Both the position numbers and the translations under genes were made by a program. Under the pieces are notes generated by a model that was not told the origin of the DNA, made no database searches, and saw only the letters and a program-made list of their open reading frames with translations. A stretch of 64,000 nucleotides of DNA from Clostridiaceae bacterium. Lineage in GTDB: Bacteria; Bacillota; Clostridia; Saccharofermentanales; DTU023. The DNA is taken from the NCBI GenBank assembly GCA_012519085.1, contig JAAYQX010000061.1, positions 3,987 to 67,986 on the forward strand, given 5' to 3'. This document shows, in pieces, positions 59,253-64,000 of this stretch; the first letter of the stretch is position 1; each line of letters begins with the position of its first letter.

Positions 59253-59320
59253 TGATCGACCTTAATAATCGCATAGTAGTGATTGGAGTAGTGACTTAGG
59301 GCATGCTAAAATAGATAGAT

Positions 59321-59851
59321 ATGTGGCTGAAAAATTTTCGCAAACAAATGATGCCTGACTGGTATGTGACGGACCTTAGACGAGTTGATTGGTCCAAGCT
59401 TGTAGAGCGTGGAATTAAAGTTGTTATGCTGGATCTTGATAATACATTGGCACAACATGGCTCCAGCAGTGGTGATGAGTACGCCAATGAGGTTATCGCC
59501 GCAGTAAAGCAAGCTGGATTAATGCCTGCCCTGCTAACTAATGCGCGGGGTGAGAGAGGCTACCAATTTGCTGAAGCGACAGGGATCGCATATGAAGGCA
59601 GGGCCGGCAAGCCGGGTACTTCCGGAATTCTCAAGATAATGCAACGCTATCAAGTTACTCCTGATCAAGTAGTTTTGGTTGGGGATCAAATCTTTACAGA
59701 TGTTTTGGCGGGTAAAAGAGCAGGTGTATTTATTCTGCTGGTCAAACCTCGTTTCCACAGCGAAATAATCTCGATAAAATTTAAAAGGTGGTTTGAAGCG
59801 CTGCTAATTAACAAAAGGGATTATGATTTTCTTGAGGATATCTTGCTCTAA
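59321..59851 (+). CDS. yqeG: YqeG-family HAD-IIIA phosphatase
   Basis: GIKVVMLDLDNTL, TNARGER, GKPGTSG and LVGDQIFTDVLAGKRAG. Length 176 aa. Confidence 0.85.
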   Translation: MWLKNFRKQMMPDWYVTDLRRVDWSKLVERGIKVVMLDLDNTLAQHGSSSGDEYANEVIAAVKQAGLMPALLTNARGERGYQFAEATGIAYEGRAGKPGTSGILKIMQRYQVTPDQVVLVGDQIFTDVLAGKRAGVFILLVKPRFHSEIISIKFKRWFEALLINKRDYDFLEDILL

Positions 59852-59959
59852 ATCATTAAATATTGTTCAGTCAGAATGGTTTGCGGACTGGTCAGATATA
59901 GCATAGAATATACGCGATAGATGAATATTTGCGCTAAATAGGCGTTTACGGAGGTATTT

Positions 59960-60517
59960 ATGATTAGTGCAGGTGATTTCCGTAATGGAGTAAATTTCGT
60001 AATGGACGGTCAAATTTACCAAGTTGTTGATTTCCAGCATGTGAAACCGGGGAAAGGTTCTGCTTTTGTACGTACAACTTATAAAAATCTGAAGACAGGT
60101 AGTGTTGTGCAAAAGAGCTTTAATCCGTCGGAAAAATTTGAACAAGCTCAACTCAGTCGCCGTGATATGTCATATTTATACTCAGATGGTGATCTTTTAT
60201 ATTTCATGGATGTAGAATCTTATGACCAGATACCGATCGCAAAAGAAACTCTGGGTGATGGTATAACATTTCTCAAAGAAGGAATGACTTGTCGTGTAGT
60301 ATCTTGGAGTGGGGAAATTCTCGAAGTTGAGCCTCCGACTTTTGTTGAACTTGAAGTTACCGAATGCGAGCCTGCTGTGCGGGGCGATACTGCTACAACT
60401 GCCAATAAGAATGCTACGGTTGAAACGGGTGCCGTTCTGAAAGTACCCTTGTTTATTAATCGGGGTGATATCATACGCATAGATACCAGGTCCGGCGAAT
60501 ATATGGAACGTGCCTAG
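59960..60517 (+). CDS. efp: Elongation factor P
   Basis: [47 protein letters not shown]... Length 185 aa. A GGAGG RBS is present. Confidence 0.96.
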   Translation: MISAGDFRNGVNFVMDGQIYQVVDFQHVKPGKGSAFVRTTYKNLKTGSVVQKSFNPSEKFEQAQLSRRDMSYLYSDGDLLYFMDVESYDQIPIAKETLGDGITFLKEGMTCRVVSWSGEILEVEPPTFVELEVTECEPAVRGDTATTANKNATVETGAVLKVPLFINRGDIIRIDTRSGEYMERA

Positions 60518-60519
60518 TT

Positions 60520-60912
60520 ATGTCTGAAGAAGCGAATCGTTACTCAATTAAAGGTGAGCGTACGATGTCGCAAGGCTTCGTGGCTCAGTATGCGGCGGAA
60601 GCTACAATGGCTACGGAAGGTGTTGACAGCCTTGATAGAGGTCTTATCGTGTCACTGAAAGAATCTATCGGTGTGAGCCATGAAGGCAAAGGAGTCAAGG
60701 TATCATTCCGAAGGGATCGATCGGATGCGGTTTCCATTACTGTTTACCCCATTATCGAATTTGGCTATGTGATGCCCGATGTTGCCTGGTCTATTCAGGA
60801 ACATGTCAAAGAAGAAGTGGAGCTATACACAGGTCTTAATGTTGAGGCTGTTGATGTTCATGTAATGGGGGTCTCCGATATTGGTATCCAGACAGAATTA
60901 GATAAGGAATAA
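60520..60912 (+). CDS. asp23: Asp23/Gls24-family envelope stress protein
   Basis: 130 aa. The Asp23 pattern is present (VAQYAAEATMATEGV..., VKVSF..., AWSIQEHVKEEVELYTGLNVEAVDVHV). Confidence 0.85.
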   Translation: MSEEANRYSIKGERTMSQGFVAQYAAEATMATEGVDSLDRGLIVSLKESIGVSHEGKGVKVSFRRDRSDAVSITVYPIIEFGYVMPDVAWSIQEHVKEEVELYTGLNVEAVDVHVMGVSDIGIQTELDKE

Positions 60913-60920
60913 TTTGGAAG

Positions 60921-61472
60921 ATGAACAGAATTAATCGCTTTATAATTATAGCTTTCTCCTTTGTATTGGCTGTGTTTTTTTTGTTGATTTTACTAATGCT
61001 GTCCAATGAGTTTATTCTCAAAGGAATGATTGAAACAGTAATTGATATAGCACAAAAGCAGCCGTATAAAACAGTTGCTATGATTGCTTGCCTGATAATG
61101 GTGCTGATATCTCTAGCGGTTATGGTTGTTACGATCCTGACAGGCAGGATGAGAAAGCAAAGAGTGCGTTTAAATGAAATAGGCGCTATTGACATCGGTG
61201 TCGATGCCATAGAAAATATAGCGTTGAATGCAGCCAAAGCATCACAGTCGGGTGTCAAATCAGCTAAAGCTTGGGTTTCGCCTTATAAAGGTGGGAAAAT
61301 CTCAGTTACTATGAATGTAATGGCTTATTCTGACGTCGAGCTACCATTAATGATGTCTCGACTGCAGGAAAGAGTGAAAAAGGATATTGAGAAATACACA
61401 GGCATTGAAGTGGCTGATGTTCAGGTTAAAGTAAATCGCGTAGAAGCCATTGCGGCTCGTGTTGAGCGCTGA
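60921..61472 (+). CDS. amaP: Alkaline-shock-response membrane anchor protein AmaP-like
   Basis: Two N-terminal TM helices followed by an Asp23-like fold (IGVDAIENIALNAA..., LQERVKKDIEKYTGIEVADVQVKV). It lies directly after asp23. Confidence 0.7.
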   Translation: MNRINRFIIIAFSFVLAVFFLLILLMLSNEFILKGMIETVIDIAQKQPYKTVAMIACLIMVLISLAVMVVTILTGRMRKQRVRLNEIGAIDIGVDAIENIALNAAKASQSGVKSAKAWVSPYKGGKISVTMNVMAYSDVELPLMMSRLQERVKKDIEKYTGIEVADVQVKVNRVEAIAARVER

Positions 61473-61483
61473 GGACAGCGTAA

Positions 61484-61726
61484 ATGGCGCCCAGAAATTT
61501 GTTGCAAATTATTCGTGATGGCTTCGCACGCAACAGCCCCGGTGTTGCCGGTGCGGCAATTGGACTTGCAATCGGCTTGCTCTGGGTTTTATTTGGCTTC
61601 TTTAAAATGTTATTTATTCTGATTCTAGGCGTTGTGGGATATTATGTGGGGGCGAAATATTTCAGCCAGCCTGATGCGATCAGATCCTTACTTGACAGAT
61701 TATTTCCACCTGGCAGATTTCGCTGA
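61484..61726 (+). CDS. DUF2273-type small integral membrane protein
   Basis: 80 aa with two Gly-rich TM helices (GVAGAAIGLAIGLLWVLFGFF and LILGVVGYYVGAKYF). It occupies the conserved third position of asp23 clusters. Confidence 0.7.
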   Translation: MAPRNLLQIIRDGFARNSPGVAGAAIGLAIGLLWVLFGFFKMLFILILGVVGYYVGAKYFSQPDAIRSLLDRLFPPGRFR

Positions 61727-61749
61727 TCTATATAGAGGGGTGGTTAGAA

Positions 61750-62205
61750 TTGAGTCGTAAACTAGCGCGCGAACGTGCATTTATGTTTCTATATAGCCTT
61801 GAAATTCAACCTGATGACTATATTTTACAAAGACGACTTTTTTTAGATGAATGGCGTTTATCCAGAGCTGATACTGACTTTTTTGATTTAGTAGTAACCG
61901 GTGTTCTTGAGCACAAAGAGGAATTTGATCGCGAAATAGAACCGCGGCTTATAGGCTGGGCTATTTCGCGTTTGCCACGCATTGACTTAACTATTATGCG
62001 GCTGGCATTGTTTGAAATGAAGTATTTAGAGGATATACCAACATCGGTATCTATTTCGGAAGCTGTTATTTTGGCGCGCAAATATAGTGACGAAAAATCA
62101 AGATCTTATATTAATGCTATTTTGGGCGGGATAGAGCGAGACAGCACATTTGCAAGGTGTAAAAGAACTGATGCCGTTAAGGATAACAAGGATGAAAATT
62201 CTTAG
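61750..62205 (+). CDS. nusB: Transcription antitermination factor NusB
   Basis: SRKLARERAFMFLYSLE..., RLPRIDLTIMRLALFEM, and INAILGGI. The start is TTG. Confidence 0.9.
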   Translation: MSRKLARERAFMFLYSLEIQPDDYILQRRLFLDEWRLSRADTDFFDLVVTGVLEHKEEFDREIEPRLIGWAISRLPRIDLTIMRLALFEMKYLEDIPTSVSISEAVILARKYSDEKSRSYINAILGGIERDSTFARCKRTDAVKDNKDENS

Positions 62206-63565
62206 TGTCAGCGAATTGAATCAATATGTTGCCAGGGTTCTCAGTCAGGACTTTTTGCTAAATTCTCTCCGGGTAGAGGGTGAGATCTCCGGTGGCAAAC
62301 TTTATCCATCGGGTCATTATTATTTTACTCTCAAAGACAGCAAGGCTCAGACTAGCTGTGTCTGTTTTAAATCTGCAATGTCTAATCTTGATTTTAAGCC
62401 AATTGATGGACAACATGTTATTGTTTCCGGATATGCCACCATTTATGAACAAGGCGGTAGGTTTCAGATCATTGTCCGTTCTATAGAGAGAGCGGGAGAA
62501 GGCTTGCTGTACGCCAGATTTGTTGAGTTGAGAGATCGTTTGCAGAAAAGTGGTCTCTTTGCTGAGGAGAGGAAGAAGAAAATTCCTTTTCTGCCGGAAC
62601 GAATTGGCATTATTACTTCTTTGGAGGGGGCAGTTATTCGCGATATAGTCCATATTCTACGCAGGAGATTTCCCGGTTTTGTCATTAGAATTTTTCCGGT
62701 GTCAGTTCAAGGATCTTCCTCGGCCCAGGAAATTGTTACTGCCTTGGCATTGGCTAATAGTGAAGCTGACTGTGATGTTCTGATTATCTGCCGTGGCGGC
62801 GGCTCACTTGAAGATTTGATGCCATTTAATAGTGAAGAGGTTGCTCTGGCAGTCTCCGCTTCAGAAATTCCTGTTATTTCTGCCGTTGGCCATGAAACTG
62901 ATTATACAATTTGTGATTTTGTTTCTGATCTGAGAGCGCCTACGCCCTCAGCAGCAGCTGAACTGGTTTTGCCTCGGAAGTCTGATTTATTGACAAATCT
63001 GGATATGTATCGCAATCGAATGAAGACACTTCTTTTACATACTTTTGCCCTGGCAAATAGCAAATTAAAACATTTGACTGAGCGCCCCGTTTTGAGACAG
63101 GGTGATTATTTGATTAGTTCACGGCTACAAAAACTGGATATATTAAGTTGGCGCTTGCAGAGCAGTCTGACTGCTGTATCTGCAGATCAACCATTACGAA
63201 TTGCCAGGTTGAAAGATAGGATTGAAAGATCAAGTTTAAGCATACTGCAGCATCAATCTGTTCTTCTTGAGAAAGGCCGGAACATGCTCAGAGCAAATAT
63301 GTCTCACAGGCTATCACAGGAACGTTTGGGTCTGGATAAACTGACGGCTAAACTGCTAGCTTTAGATCCCAATGCTGTTGTCAGGAGAGGCTATGCCAGG
63401 TTGAGCTGCATAGAAACCGGCAAAGCTATAAGCTCACTGGAACAGCTAGCTATAGGTGCCGATATACGCATTTATCTGGCGGATGGAATTGCTGATGCTA
63501 GGGTCAAAGAGCTTTTTCCTTTGGAATTATTAGAAAACTTGCAGGAGGGGAGCCTTCCTGATTGA
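62192..63565 (+). CDS. xseA: Exodeoxyribonuclease VII large subunit
   Basis: MKILSVSELNQYVARVL...VEGEISGGKLYPSGHYYFTLKD, RIGIITSLEGAVIRDI, RGGGSLEDL and GHETDYTICDFVSD. I prefer the ATG at 62192, which overlaps nusB by 14 nt. Confidence 0.93.
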   Translation: MKILSVSELNQYVARVLSQDFLLNSLRVEGEISGGKLYPSGHYYFTLKDSKAQTSCVCFKSAMSNLDFKPIDGQHVIVSGYATIYEQGGRFQIIVRSIERAGEGLLYARFVELRDRLQKSGLFAEERKKKIPFLPERIGIITSLEGAVIRDIVHILRRRFPGFVIRIFPVSVQGSSSAQEIVTALALANSEADCDVLIICRGGGSLEDLMPFNSEEVALAVSASEIPVISAVGHETDYTICDFVSDLRAPTPSAAAELVLPRKSDLLTNLDMYRNRMKTLLLHTFALANSKLKHLTERPVLRQGDYLISSRLQKLDILSWRLQSSLTAVSADQPLRIARLKDRIERSSLSILQHQSVLLEKGRNMLRANMSHRLSQERLGLDKLTAKLLALDPNAVVRRGYARLSCIETGKAISSLEQLAIGADIRIYLADGIADARVKELFPLELLENLQEGSLPD

Positions 63566-63589
63566 ATGAGAGAAAGGGAAATATCATCA

Positions 63590-63838
63590 ATGGATAATAA
63601 AGAGACACAATTAGAATTAAGTTACGAGGCAGCTGTGGAACGTTTGGAAGAGATTGTTAATCTCCTTGAGAAGGGCGAGGCGCCATTAGAAGAATCACTT
63701 GATTTATTCAGAGAAGGTGTAACTTTGGCTAAAGCCTGCGAAGAGAAATTATCGGCGCTGACGGAGGAGATCAGCAAAATTCAGTTAGGCCCCGAGGGGA
63801 TAATGATTGAAACTAAGGTTGAATTCCCGGATGCTTAA
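63590..63838 (+). CDS. xseB: Exodeoxyribonuclease VII small subunit
   Basis: SYEAAVERLEEIVNLLEKGEAPLEESLDLFREGVTLAKACEEKL is a typical XseB. The ATG at 63590 follows GAGAAAGGGA. Confidence 0.9.
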   Translation: MDNKETQLELSYEAAVERLEEIVNLLEKGEAPLEESLDLFREGVTLAKACEEKLSALTEEISKIQLGPEGIMIETKVEFPDA

Positions 63839-64000
63839 ATCAGATTTTAATGCCGTACTTCTTCAGCACCAGATAGCTATCGAAAGCTTCTTGGAGGATT
63901 ATACATCGAATTATACTGAAACCTCGGGAAGTAGTGCCGCTATAGCGTCCAGATATAGTCTGCTGGGCGGTGGCAAACGTATCCGGCCCATCTTGCTAAT
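63831..64000 (+). CDS. ispA: Polyprenyl (farnesyl/geranyl) diphosphate synthase, 3'-truncated by the window edge
   Basis: The ATG at 63831 overlaps the xseB stop (ATGCTTAA). The frame stays open to the window end and reads ...SRYSLLGGGKRIRPILL, the conserved N-terminal motif of IspA-type synthases. This matches the nusB-xseA-xseB-ispA synteny. Confidence 0.8.
   Translation, partial: MLKSDFNAVLLQHQIAIESFLEDYTSNYTETSGSSAAIASRYSLLGGGKRIRPILL

Noticed and set aside
60520-61726. The asp23-amaP-DUF2273 trio between efp and nusB, considered as a potentially novel module.
   Set aside because: To my knowledge this three-gene arrangement ahead of nusB is a widely conserved and already annotated envelope-stress cluster in Bacillota.

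Overview
This is a core-chromosome segment from a Bacillota (Clostridia-like) genome of moderate GC content. I support about 55 protein genes, 3 tRNAs, several intrinsic terminators and a few sigma-A-type promoters. Nearly all genes are on the + strand; the exceptions are tRNA-Glu, hup, ychF and ald. The content is dominated by housekeeping blocks with classic Firmicute synteny: infC-rpmI-rplT behind an L20-leader-like attenuator; uvrA; a clpE-like gene; pgi; valS; fba; ligA; polA-coaE; comM-dprA-topA-trmFO; queA-tgt; a topo-IV-like parE/parC pair; and yqeG, efp, asp23-amaP-DUF2273, nusB-xseA-xseB-ispA. Many neighbouring genes overlap by 1-20 nt (pgi/radical-SAM ATGA, esterase/valS, fba/ligA, comM/dprA, trmFO/queA, queA/tgt, parC/next gene, nusB/xseA, xseB/ispA), so long co-transcribed arrays are likely. 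I found no CRISPR array, IS element, integrase, prophage or recognisable defence island, and I cannot honestly claim a clearly novel system. The most unusual content falls into five items. (1) An envelope module made of a CapD-like dehydratase, a SEDS (RodA/FtsW) protein fused to an FHA domain with its phosphothreonine-contact residues substituted, a PbpA-type class B PBP, an ECF sigma factor and a non-ZAS anti-sigma candidate. (2) A receiver-less Spo0A C-terminal-domain protein behind a 32-bp tandemly duplicated leader. (3) A cytoplasmic SASA-family 'esterase' whose nucleophile Ser reads Asp and which overlaps a T-box-less valS. (4) A possible PP2C-like pseudophosphatase-TM-SH3b protein. (5) A topo-IV-like pair with non-canonical residues at quinolone-resistance positions, translationally coupled to a membrane-anchored protein with a degenerate NodB-like C-terminus. 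All family assignments come from reading motifs by eye. None was verified by a database or HMM search.
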